Shown: one piece after another, positions 47,693 to 56,308 of the stretch
How the letters are laid out: the number at the start of each line of letters is the position of its first letter
How positions within the stretch are numbered: the stretch's first letter is position 1
From: a virus
IMG/VR virus record: IMGVR_UViG_3300037222_000100
Span: 32,001 to 96,000 of that record
Direction: 5' to 3' (one strand)
Length of the DNA stretch: 64,000 nt
Translations under genes and position numbers: made by a program
Notes under the pieces: model-generated
Database searches by the model: none
Seen by the model: only the letters and a program-made list of their open reading frames with translations
What the model was told of the DNA's origin: nothing

Positions 47693-48253
47693 ATGGGTTC
47701 TGTTGAGAGTAGGGCGTATCATCGCGCCTGGTATCAACGCAACAAAGAGAAACGCATTCGACAGGTCGCCGAATGGAAGGTCGCCCATCCGGAGGATGCA
47801 AAGCGACATGCAACAACGCCCAAAGCTAAAGAACGCCATCGCCTATCGCAGCAAAAGCGTTTGTCCGATCCACAAAGGCGAGCCGAACGCAACGAGTATA
47901 TGCGCATTCGACAGAGCGCATATGAACCCCAATGGCGAGCGGCAAATCCGGAGAAGGCGAAAGCTAGGGCGCGACGTGCTGAACTCCGCCGTAAGGCGCG
48001 TTCAGCAAATGCTCCCGGCACGGTTACAGAGGAGCAGCTTCAAGCCCGCATCGATTTCTATGGACGACGCTGCTATCTACCATGGTGCGGTCATTGCGAC
48101 TGGGATGCCCTTGATCCGTTTGACCAGACCATCGACCATGTTATTCCGTTGAGTCAAGGTGGGACGGGGTGGCCTGCAAATCTGCGTCCAGCCTGTCGCC
48201 CCTGTAACGCCAAAAAGTATGCAAAGGCCCTTGACATGGCTCTTGCGGCTTGA
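47693..48253 (+). CDS. HNH endonuclease
   Basis: TIDHVIPLSQGG...ANLRPACRPCN; leaderless after TGC-TAAGAT. Confidence 0.9.
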   Translation: MGSVESRAYHRAWYQRNKEKRIRQVAEWKVAHPEDAKRHATTPKAKERHRLSQQKRLSDPQRRAERNEYMRIRQSAYEPQWRAANPEKAKARARRAELRRKARSANAPGTVTEEQLQARIDFYGRRCYLPWCGHCDWDALDPFDQTIDHVIPLSQGGTGWPANLRPACRPCNAKKYAKALDMALAA

Positions 48254-48259
48254 TATACT
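48231..48259 (+). promoter_or_regulatory. near-consensus sigma70/SigA promoter, leaderless
   Basis: TTGACA-17nt-TATACT, ATG 6 nt downstream. Confidence 0.85.
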
Positions 48260-48265
48260 AAAGGT

Positions 48266-48586
48266 ATGATCAACTTCTTCCTCACCTTTCTCTTCCTCGT
48301 CTTCCTTTTCGCCGTCGCCGCATACATCATGGGTGCGTTCTACTTCTGTCTCAAGGACGCAGAAACCTGGGGTGATGTAGTAGGGGGTCTAATAGGCGGA
48401 TTCTTTTTCTGCGCCATCTGGCTGCCTATGCTACTTGTCCTACTCCTGTGTTGGATTGGAGACAAGCCCATCGGCACGAAGCCTCTACGGACAAGTCCCG
48501 TGGTCCCGAGTCCTCGCGATTATCAAATGGCGCAGTGGGAGGACAAGCAGAGGCGCAATGACGAAAGGCGAGTTCGGAGCGCTTAG
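48266..48586 (+). CDS. two-TM membrane protein
   Basis: Two long hydrophobic segments; has its own promoter. Confidence 0.75.
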   Translation: MINFFLTFLFLVFLFAVAAYIMGAFYFCLKDAETWGDVVGGLIGGFFFCAIWLPMLLVLLLCWIGDKPIGTKPLRTSPVVPSPRDYQMAQWEDKQRRNDERRVRSA

Positions 48587-48930
48587 TCCTCAGGCGGGAC
48601 ATAGCCCTCGCCCTCCCACTCGCGGATCATCTCCTCGAAGTCCTCCTCGGTCGTCGGTTCCCTGATCTGGATGCCCTGACTTCCTTCGGCTACGTCGCTG
48701 GCATAGACGGCCTTCCATAGCTCCGGGTTGTGGGCGAACAACATATGCTCGAAGTTGCGATCCGCTTCCGCGCTCGCGATCTTGTCTTCGTTGAGCCGGT
48801 GGTATGTGAGGAGTTCGGTCTGGAAGTCGTTTAGGGCTGGATATCCGTGAACGTCGGCACGTCCGAAATGCCCGGTGATGTCAAGGAAGCGGGCGAAGGC
48901 TGCGATGGGACCCGATTCCTCTCGGATAAA
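48583..48930 (-). CDS. tail assembly chaperone -1 frameshift extension (gpGT-like)
   Basis: Frame FIREESGPIAAFARF...YVPPED* has no start at its 5' end and is entered at G GAT TTA. Confidence 0.75.
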   Translation of the reverse strand, partial: FIREESGPIAAFARFLDITGHFGRADVHGYPALNDFQTELLTYHRLNEDKIASAEADRNFEHMLFAHNPELWKAVYASDVAEGSQGIQIREPTTEEDFEEMIREWEGEGYVPPED

Positions 48931-49379
48931 TCCTGTAGCTCTTTGGTCGCCTTGAGCGCTTCTTGCTCTAGGGCAAGATACTGGTCATAGAGAAACGCAA
49001 GCGTTGGGCTGTGCCAACCATCTTGTGCGTTTGTCACATACCGTAGACGCCCCTTGGCAAACTCGTTGATGTTCGGCCCCATGGGAGGACAGAACTCTGG
49101 ATCGTCATCGACCGCAACGAGTGCCATGCCGACTTGGGCATGAGCCCACACTTCTGGCTCTGAGATAGTGTCCCGCCAAGGCTGTACCGCAAGGGCGATA
49201 GCTGCCTTCTCACTGGGACGCAAGGTCTTGAGCGTGAACGAGTGACCGCAGAAGATCACGTCCTTCTGAATATGTCCGATGAACGCCAGTCCGCGTACCG
49301 GAAGGCGAATCTGCTCCGAGAAAAGCGAGAGTGGGTCGATGCGCTCTTCCTCTGGGGGTGCTGCTACCTCGTCTGACAT
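48831..49379 (-). CDS. tail assembly chaperone (gpG-like)
   Basis: SD AGGAGG; lies between tube and tape measure. Confidence 0.8.
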   Translation of the reverse strand: MSDEVAAPPEEERIDPLSLFSEQIRLPVRGLAFIGHIQKDVIFCGHSFTLKTLRPSEKAAIALAVQPWRDTISEPEVWAHAQVGMALVAVDDDPEFCPPMGPNINEFAKGRLRYVTNAQDGWHSPTLAFLYDQYLALEQEALKATKELQDLSERNRVPSQPSPASLTSPGISDVPTFTDIQP

Positions 49380-49414
49380 GTTTACCTCCTGGTGCCCTGT
49401 TCAAGGGCCTTGAC

Positions 49415-50086
49415 TTACAGTGGGTTGTCGCGGACCTTGAACGCAAGCGATTCGTTACCGTTACGGGTTACGTAGCGGAAGTTGACTGTGATCTGCTTGA
49501 GGACAGCCATCGTTCCGACCGCGATCTGCTCGCCATCGGCGACATTGGTAATGACGCAGCCGTGGTACTCCTCTGTGTACGGCTGAATGGGGGACCCGGC
49601 CGGTCCCGATGCTCCAAGGGGACGGATGATCTTGACGATCTGAAGGGCTGACGGGTCCGCCTGTGCCTGACGGATGAAGATATCTACGATGTCAACGGCA
49701 CCCATGAAGATGCCGCCGTTGTTCGCGCCCGTTAGGTTGAAGTTGGTTGTAGCGTTAGCAGGTGATTCTGAACTGAACGGACCGTTCTTGGCTCCGAGGC
49801 TGAGTCCGAGGCGATCCCAGACCTTGGATGCTGTTCCACCTGAACCGAACAACTCGAAGAGGTTGAGGACAAGCTGTCCCGATTTCGCTGCGGCCGGTGT
49901 GATGATCTCAATCGGGTATGGCTCGTCCATCGGCTGGATTTCTTCCATGCCTCCGCCGACTGGAGTAGGGGACGTGAGACTAACCTGCTGACAGAACGTG
50001 ACGGGCTGACCACCGAACGTGAAGATCGTAAAGCCAGAGCCACCTACGCGAGCCCTGCTTGTGAATGTGGGGTCTTTGAATGCCAT
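49415..50086 (-). CDS. tail tube protein
   Basis: Follows the sheath gene; YHGCVIT motif. Confidence 0.8.
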   Translation of the reverse strand: MAFKDPTFTSRARVGGSGFTIFTFGGQPVTFCQQVSLTSPTPVGGGMEEIQPMDEPYPIEIITPAAAKSGQLVLNLFELFGSGGTASKVWDRLGLSLGAKNGPFSSESPANATTNFNLTGANNGGIFMGAVDIVDIFIRQAQADPSALQIVKIIRPLGASGPAGSPIQPYTEEYHGCVITNVADGEQIAVGTMAVLKQITVNFRYVTRNGNESLAFKVRDNPL

Positions 50087-50091
50087 CGTCT

Positions 50092-50113
50092 ATTATCCCT
50101 TAGTTAGCTTCTA
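50092..50113 (-). promoter_or_regulatory. putative late promoter TAGA-N14-TAAT
   Basis: TAGAagctaactaagggaTAATagacgATG. Confidence 0.65.
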
Positions 50114-51641
50114 CCAAAGTGACTGTCTGGCTGGACAGGTCGAGGGCGAACACGATGTCGATGTAGTTGAGGGTGAAGGCCGGTCGGTATGAGAAGCTCG
50201 CGGTGATCGTGGTCGGCTCAAGCGATGCGATTGCGACGACGGGAGTCTTGTACCCTACGAGGCTACCTGCCGACTGGAGAGCGGAGAGCACGCCAACGAT
50301 TGCAGAACGAACGATGATCGGTGAGTTGCCATCTGCGATGATCTGACCAATGATCTGGTTTTCGAGCGTCTGACGGATAGACTCGACCATCGTGAACTTG
50401 GCACGGACGACCGATATCTCAGAACGAGAGGCTCCATGGGTGTTGTCCAGCGTGATCGCGTGACGGCAGCGGATCGTTCCTCCGGGAATCTGCTCGACCA
50501 CAAAGAGCCCTTCTCCAGCATCTTCGTTCTTCTGGCTAGGCGTGCGGAGGTCGTTGATTTTCGTAAATCCGTTGAGGCCCTTGCGCGTGAGTGAAGAGGC
50601 GACCGGACGAGAGGCGAGTGCGCCCGCGACGGCTGCGGCTGCGAACTGACCACCGACGTTCTTTTCGCCGCCTTCTGGAAGCGAAACACTGAAGTTGCCA
50701 ACGTTGAGTAGGAGATTCTGCGAGGCAAGATCGCCATTGGCGTACGCACGAAGTTCTGTACCGTGCGCATGGAGGGTCGCATCCAGTCCTTCCTCGCCGG
50801 TTGAATCCTCGCCAAAGCAGCCGAAGATGAACTGCTCTTCGGCATTACGCTGCTGCTCGTAGCCAAGGACCGCTTTGAAGATGGCTGTGATTGAGCCGTC
50901 TTTGACTTTGCCTTCTGCCTCGCCTTGACCGACAACCGGAACGATGATGTCGATACCTTCGACTAGGTTCAATGCCTGCAAAGTGGTTTCCCAGGTGGAT
51001 GCTTCTGAGACTTGTTTCGCGGTTGGGAATTCTGCATTCGTGATGAACCCACCGGAGTTGTACACGATAGTTCCGTCAGACGTATGGAAGAGAGGCTGTG
51101 TGATGACGCTGCTGGCTCCGCTTTCGAATGCCTTCTGCGCCGCGAGACTCAGTGGCGATAGGAATTCGCCATCTTCGTTGGTTGCGAGAGCCTGACCGTA
51201 GCGGTTCTGGACTTCGTTGAAGTTGAAGAGGCGGATCGGGTTGTAGTAGTCAGCCGAAACGTAGGTGTACGTCACGTTGATCAGCGTGTTGGATTTGATG
51301 CCTTTGCCCGCAACGAGGTTGATCGTGCCTTCTTTGGAGTCAACTTCGTAAGCCGTTTCTTTGAAGCCTTTGCCTTCGTTTTCACCTTCGGACGGGTTAG
51401 TGGCGCTGATGACCGATAGCACGCTTTCGAGTTTTGATCCGGGGATCGACGCTAGGAAGGGCAGTTTGACCGGGACGCCGATGCCTTCCGCTTCGGTTAG
51501 ACGCACCTGATCTGTGCGCTTCTGGTGACCAAGAGCCACTCCGACGAGGACGACATCCGAGGCCGAAGCGATAAGCGGGACGACCTGCGGAGCTACGGCC
51601 TCCGTGATGGTGACGCCAGGTGGTACGTACGGTTGAGCCAT
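50100..51641 (-). CDS. tail sheath protein
   Basis: N-terminal YVPPGV.I.E; C-terminal EISVVR...Y.P...LNYI. Confidence 0.9.
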   Translation of the reverse strand: MAQPYVPPGVTITEAVAPQVVPLIASASDVVLVGVALGHQKRTDQVRLTEAEGIGVPVKLPFLASIPGSKLESVLSVISATNPSEGENEGKGFKETAYEVDSKEGTINLVAGKGIKSNTLINVTYTYVSADYYNPIRLFNFNEVQNRYGQALATNEDGEFLSPLSLAAQKAFESGASSVITQPLFHTSDGTIVYNSGGFITNAEFPTAKQVSEASTWETTLQALNLVEGIDIIVPVVGQGEAEGKVKDGSITAIFKAVLGYEQQRNAEEQFIFGCFGEDSTGEEGLDATLHAHGTELRAYANGDLASQNLLLNVGNFSVSLPEGGEKNVGGQFAAAAVAGALASRPVASSLTRKGLNGFTKINDLRTPSQKNEDAGEGLFVVEQIPGGTIRCRHAITLDNTHGASRSEISVVRAKFTMVESIRQTLENQIIGQIIADGNSPIIVRSAIVGVLSALQSAGSLVGYKTPVVAIASLEPTTITASFSYRPAFTLNYIDIVFALDLSSQTVTLVEAN

Positions 51642-51655
51642 TCTACAGGTTATCT

Positions 51656-52063
51656 CTACGCACTAGCGGCTTTGTAAGCCCGTGCTGCTTTCAGCTTCGG
51701 AACTAGAGCATCGATACGCCCCAAGTCTTTTGTCGATTTGGCAAGAACCGCCTGTCTCCAGATGTGATAATCCTCAGTCTTCCGCGCTCGCATCGGGAAG
51801 CGATCTAGGATTTGGACCAGCCGACATTGGTCGGCAACCCGAGCTACTTGCCATGTGATTTGTGGCTTACTATTTCCCCGCCCCCGACTTCGATGTATGG
51901 TTCCAAATCCCAGTCGATCTTGTATCTCGTATATGATGGCGGCATCATCATCGCGTTGAGTCAATGTGAACGAGATTACCCAACACCCATGGTTGCGTGC
52001 GATTGCAAAGCAACCCTCTCCTGCGATGAAACCAGCTAGCCAGTGACCAAACTCTGTATCCAT
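51656..52063 (-). CDS. LAGLIDADG homing endonuclease (single motif)
   Basis: WLAGFIAGEGCF..., GFG.I, K..DY..W. Confidence 0.9.
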   Translation of the reverse strand: MDTEFGHWLAGFIAGEGCFAIARNHGCWVISFTLTQRDDDAAIIYEIQDRLGFGTIHRSRGRGNSKPQITWQVARVADQCRLVQILDRFPMRARKTEDYHIWRQAVLAKSTKDLGRIDALVPKLKAARAYKAASA

Positions 52064-52105
52064 GTTCTCTAGTGTTATTACACTAGAATCGGAGCGATAG
52101 TAAGC

Positions 52106-53203
52106 CTACAGTTTGACCGGCACAAGGCTGGCACCCAATCCAAGCGACCCTAGCTGCGTGCGTACGCGGTACGGTTCCTTCTTGGGGTGGTTGACGATGT
52201 GGTAGTAATCGTCCGTTGGGATGACGCCACCTGGGAAGTCTTCTGGCGCGATCTCTCCGAAGGCACCATCCGGTTCGTCCGAGATGCCCGCAGTGTTCCA
52301 TGGGTATACATCGACCTCCCTGACCAGATCAAGAGTGCCAGCACCCAGTTGCGGCGTGACGCTGTAGAACTCGCCCAGAATCGGTACACGGTACTCGCAG
52401 CGATAGAGCAGTTGATCTTCTGGTCCCCACGGCGGCATTTCCTCACGCTCGCCGAAGCCCGACACAAGGTCTGTGTTGACGGCGATGAAGTGCCAGTCGG
52501 AGTACGGACTAAGCCCGATGGTATCGTAGATACGTTCCTGGAAGGAAACGCCCTCCGGGCCGACTGTGCCCATCTGAACGATTTCAAGGATCGCGTCTGC
52601 GATCTTGTCACGATCCACAGAGCTAAGTCCATAGACCTCCAGTGCCACATCGCCCTGATACATGCTGTGGTGATACTCGATGAATTTGGTGAAGAGATCG
52701 ACAGACCCCCGGAAGGACAGATTTTCCTCGCCCGATTGGGACGCAGGCTTGTTGACGAGAATGCTGTGAGCGTCAATGATCTTGAGCACGAAGGTGCCTT
52801 GCGGCAGGCTGGAGGCTTTCACTTCAGTTTCGCCAGGGAAGAGGTCTTGCACCGTAGGCAATTCCCCAATGACGCCCGACCCCTTGGTTAGCTTGCCTTT
52901 GCCGAACAGACGCAGTTCGTCTTCGACAGGTCCCCACTCTTTGTGGCCGACACCGATGTTCTGGATCGTCTGCTCATAGAACTTGACAACGATGGCCGGA
53001 TAGTCCGCGCGATCAGACGAGTAGTCCACAGCTATCTTGGTTTTGAGCAGGGTCGGATCGACATACAGGTTGAAGGCGTTCTGGAGCGCCTCGACCATCG
53101 TCCTCTTCAAGAACGTCTTGTACTGGAGCGTCTGCTGCGCTACGTATTTAGGCGCGATACGGCCCGGTCCAGTCTTCTCGACTAGCTGGTCTTTCTGAGC
53201 CAT
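52106..53203 (-). CDS. neck/tail-terminator protein
   Basis: YPAIVV motif; position upstream of the sheath. Confidence 0.6.
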   Translation of the reverse strand: MAQKDQLVEKTGPGRIAPKYVAQQTLQYKTFLKRTMVEALQNAFNLYVDPTLLKTKIAVDYSSDRADYPAIVVKFYEQTIQNIGVGHKEWGPVEDELRLFGKGKLTKGSGVIGELPTVQDLFPGETEVKASSLPQGTFVLKIIDAHSILVNKPASQSGEENLSFRGSVDLFTKFIEYHHSMYQGDVALEVYGLSSVDRDKIADAILEIVQMGTVGPEGVSFQERIYDTIGLSPYSDWHFIAVNTDLVSGFGEREEMPPWGPEDQLLYRCEYRVPILGEFYSVTPQLGAGTLDLVREVDVYPWNTAGISDEPDGAFGEIAPEDFPGGVIPTDDYYHIVNHPKKEPYRVRTQLGSLGLGASLVPVKL

Positions 53204-53953
53204 TTATCTATCGACCTCAACCAGGTAGATGGGGTCCGTCTCCGGCACCTTGTTGGCTTCGCATTGGTGCCCGACTACGAAACGGTTTCCGCCATCCGTC
53301 AAGCCCGCAGAGTCAACCTCGCGGCGTCCCTGGCGATCATGTCCGCGCATGGTGATCGGACTGACCTGCTTCAACTGGTAACGCTCGAAGGTCTGAAGAA
53401 TTTCTTCGGACGGACCAATTTCGAGCGTGATGAGTAGATCGTTGTCCCCGACGTGCGGGTACCACGGAAGCTGAAGTCGTGCCTGCTGTACTTTGATCAG
53501 CGCACCTGCTTCGGTGTGCTTGTAGACATCTTCCGGCACATCAGGCAGGATCGCGTACGTCAAGTAGCCAGGGCCATAGCCTCTGTACTTGGGCGCAGGG
53601 ATGTATTCGGGCTCCGGGCTGTCGGTGATGATGAGTTCAGCCGATTCCGTTTCAGTCGCGGGCTTGATCCATTCGCCATGCTGCGTCTCAACAGAGACGT
53701 AGCCGACGCCATAAGAGAGTTGATCGTCGTGGGTCGGTTGCTTGTAGATCGTGTCGTAGCCCGCACTTGGTTCAGCGATCCCTTTCTCCACATCCTCGAT
53801 GGTGAACATGTGCTTGATGAGGACAGGCGTCCCCATGCGGCGCATCGTTTCCAGCGAGAGACGACGGCGGCGTAGCATGTCTTGCGGCACGCCAGGATCG
53901 CCGAGGTACCGGATTACGTTCTTGTAGATGGGTTTGAGTAGCGCGGTAGGCAC
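53204..53953 (-). CDS. head-tail connector protein
   Basis: Start re-set to GTG (VPTALL) after SD AAGGA; position in neck region. Confidence 0.6.
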   Translation of the reverse strand: MPTALLKPIYKNVIRYLGDPGVPQDMLRRRRLSLETMRRMGTPVLIKHMFTIEDVEKGIAEPSAGYDTIYKQPTHDDQLSYGVGYVSVETQHGEWIKPATETESAELIITDSPEPEYIPAPKYRGYGPGYLTYAILPDVPEDVYKHTEAGALIKVQQARLQLPWYPHVGDNDLLITLEIGPSEEILQTFERYQLKQVSPITMRGHDRQGRREVDSAGLTDGGNRFVVGHQCEANKVPETDPIYLVEVDR

Positions 53954-53964
53954 ACTGATTGTCC

Positions 53965-54165
53965 TTAGATCACCGGCAGCCAGCCGTAGCCGTGTCGCCA
54001 ACACCACCAGCGACATAGCCAGTAGCCAAGCTCCCCGTCGATATAGCGGGGGTTCCCATAGCGCCCAATCTGAGGCAAGTAGAGACACGTTTCGTCTTGC
54101 GTTACCTGCCAACGACCATGGTCGCAGTAAAGCGCTGGATCGAGCGTCACGCCGATGTGTCTCAT
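53965..54165 (-). CDS. small Trp/Cys-rich hypothetical protein
   Basis: TAATG-coupled to the upstream gene. Confidence 0.5.
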   Translation of the reverse strand: MRHIGVTLDPALYCDHGRWQVTQDETCLYLPQIGRYGNPRYIDGELGYWLCRWWCWRHGYGWLPVI

Positions 54166-55157
54166 TAGAAGAACCCTCTGCCAATGTTGCGCGAGCGTAG
54201 GATGTTGCCGCTGAAGAAGAGGCGACCTGCCTTGCTCGAAACCAGCAGGGCCGAGTGGCCAAGGTTGAGTTCTTGACGCTTCCAGAGGCGCACCATCGTG
54301 TACCAGTCATCGTGCTCGATCTGATAGACCTGCTGCCACGCCTGCGCGTACCGCGTGCGGTCCTCGTAAGCGATCTGTGCGCCCTGTGGCACCGGCTGCT
54401 CGACGTAGGAGCGGATCAAGTGCTGGAGGGTCTTGCAGAGCACGCCTTTGGAGAGGAGTGGCATCAGTTCGTTGATTTTGCCCGGACCGATCCATTCCCA
54501 AGTTTCAGGGTGCAGGTTTGGTTTGACATCCGCGTTGTCGCTCAGGGCCTTGAAGTTGACTCCGTTTTCGGACGCCTCCTCGCCCGTAACGTAGCTCTTG
54601 AGTTCTTCCCACGCTGGAGACATGCCTTCTGGATGACTGAAGTCCGAAACCTTATGTTGTGACGGGGGCATCTGTACGTTGATGTCGAGCAACGCGTCTG
54701 GGATGAATCGTTCGATCTTCTTCTGATCGAAGTTGGCTAGCGTGTAATCGCGTAGCACGGGTCCGCCCTCCATGGAATCGAATGAATCCTCGAAGCGGAG
54801 CCACACTTCTTCGGCGACAAGCTGCTCGTCTGTGACGGGAGGGACATAGAAGGGGTCCTCGACCACGAAGTTGACCATGACCGACCGGACCTCGCCATTG
54901 AGCAACGTGAATTGTGCCTGGGCAAGATAGGGTCCTCGTTCGGTGGTCGGTTCGTACTGGAGGTAACCCTGACCGTCGTCTTCAATTTCGCCCGAGACGG
55001 GTGCTTCCACTGCACCGTTTGGGCGCTGGACCGTGAATTCGACACTGGCGATTTCGTTGGCGGGCACGACGCCATCGCGTTCACGCAGAGCCGCTTTCAA
55101 CTCTGCCGTGTCGCCTTTGTTGATCTCACCTATGTAGTATCTCACCCCAAGCGACAT
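54165..55157 (-). CDS. head-tail adaptor with Ig-like N-terminus and CBM5/12-like insert
   Basis: Position in neck region; AW....Y..G......G..F.A......P...W insert. Confidence 0.65.
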   Translation of the reverse strand: MSLGVRYYIGEINKGDTAELKAALRERDGVVPANEIASVEFTVQRPNGAVEAPVSGEIEDDGQGYLQYEPTTERGPYLAQAQFTLLNGEVRSVMVNFVVEDPFYVPPVTDEQLVAEEVWLRFEDSFDSMEGGPVLRDYTLANFDQKKIERFIPDALLDINVQMPPSQHKVSDFSHPEGMSPAWEELKSYVTGEEASENGVNFKALSDNADVKPNLHPETWEWIGPGKINELMPLLSKGVLCKTLQHLIRSYVEQPVPQGAQIAYEDRTRYAQAWQQVYQIEHDDWYTMVRLWKRQELNLGHSALLVSSKAGRLFFSGNILRSRNIGRGFF

Positions 55158-55570
55158 TAGTGAACGCCCTTGATGCGATTACAACGCCCACATGCGGGAC
55201 GCAAGTTGGCTGGCCAATTCGTTCCGCCACGACTTAGGGGGATAACATGCTCGATGTGTTTTTCCTTGGGCACAAGCGCATCCCAATCGCAGCCGCAGAG
55301 ATAGCAACGCCGTCCATAAAGATCGATTCGCGCTTGTAGCTGCTCAACGGTATACGATCCGGGAGCCGAACGCCGTAGATGTTTACTTCGCCGCGTCAGA
55401 ATACGACCCCTAGGGGATGTTTTCCAGGCATGGGCGTTGCGGCTTTCTCGCTCTCTCGTAGAACGTTTAGCTCGCGTTCTTGCCATTTTGGCTTTGACCT
55501 TTTCAGGATTTTCTCGCTGCCATTTCAGGACACGCGCTCTATTTGCCTCGGCAGTCATCATCTCATCCAT
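55157..55570 (-). CDS. HNH endonuclease
   Basis: IEHVIPLSRGGTNWPANLRPACGRCN. Confidence 0.9.
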   Translation of the reverse strand: MDEMMTAEANRARVLKWQRENPEKVKAKMARTRAKRSTRERESRNAHAWKTSPRGRILTRRSKHLRRSAPGSYTVEQLQARIDLYGRRCYLCGCDWDALVPKEKHIEHVIPLSRGGTNWPANLRPACGRCNRIKGVH

Positions 55571-55639
55571 TATGGGTCCGGACGACGCTGCTATACTCTA
55601 CGAGTCTGATTCACCGACCCTTGACGAAAGGACTGAAGA

Positions 55640-55855
55640 ATGCCAGTGCTGTTCCCGACGTACAATCAAAAGGAGCGTGAGCAGCTTCAAGCTCTCCGCG
55701 ACCATCAGGCCAAGGTGCGCTCGCACAACGCTGCGAAAACGCGCGTTACCGCTGCGGCGGAGGCACTCTCCAACGCTGAGACGGACCACTCTGTTGCGCA
55801 GACTGAGGGGTCCCTCGCCAAGTCAACGTTGACGAGTGTGATCGATCAGGCGTAG
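55640..55855 (+). CDS. hypothetical protein
   Basis: SD AAGGA; TGC-TATACT -10 box upstream. Confidence 0.6.
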   Translation: MPVLFPTYNQKEREQLQALRDHQAKVRSHNAAKTRVTAAAEALSNAETDHSVAQTEGSLAKSTLTSVIDQA

Positions 55856-55857
55856 GC

Positions 55858-56295
55858 ATGTATCGCCATGTCGCGGTCTTCGAGCTTGAGGGTGACTTCC
55901 TGGGGTATGCAATCCGGGATGACAAGGCCCTCAAGCTCCAATCGACCAACCTGTACTCCGAGGATGAGGGACCAGAGCTTGCGGATCGCTTGCGCGAGTT
56001 GAATGAGTCGCAAGCGGTCACGGCCGTGTGGCCCGACGCTCGCGACCCGGAGGTACAGGACCTCGTAAATGACCCAGAGTTCGAGCCCATCGAGTACGTC
56101 GAAGATGACGTGGTAGATGAGGACAATTCCTTCTTGGTCTACCTCAAAGACCCCGATGGCGAAGACACGCTCGACATCGACCGCGAGGCATCGGTGCTCG
56201 TCTACAAGAAGGCTCGCGTTCCAGCGCGACCCTCCGATTACTTCGAGCGCACGAAGAAGGCGTGCGAGGTAGTTGCCCGCAGACGCGCGACCTGA
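55858..56295 (+). CDS. acidic hypothetical protein
   Basis: Operon position and phage-like codon use. Confidence 0.7.
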   Translation: MYRHVAVFELEGDFLGYAIRDDKALKLQSTNLYSEDEGPELADRLRELNESQAVTAVWPDARDPEVQDLVNDPEFEPIEYVEDDVVDEDNSFLVYLKDPDGEDTLDIDREASVLVYKKARVPARPSDYFERTKKACEVVARRRAT

Positions 56296-56308
56296 TACAC
56301 TGCGCCCC

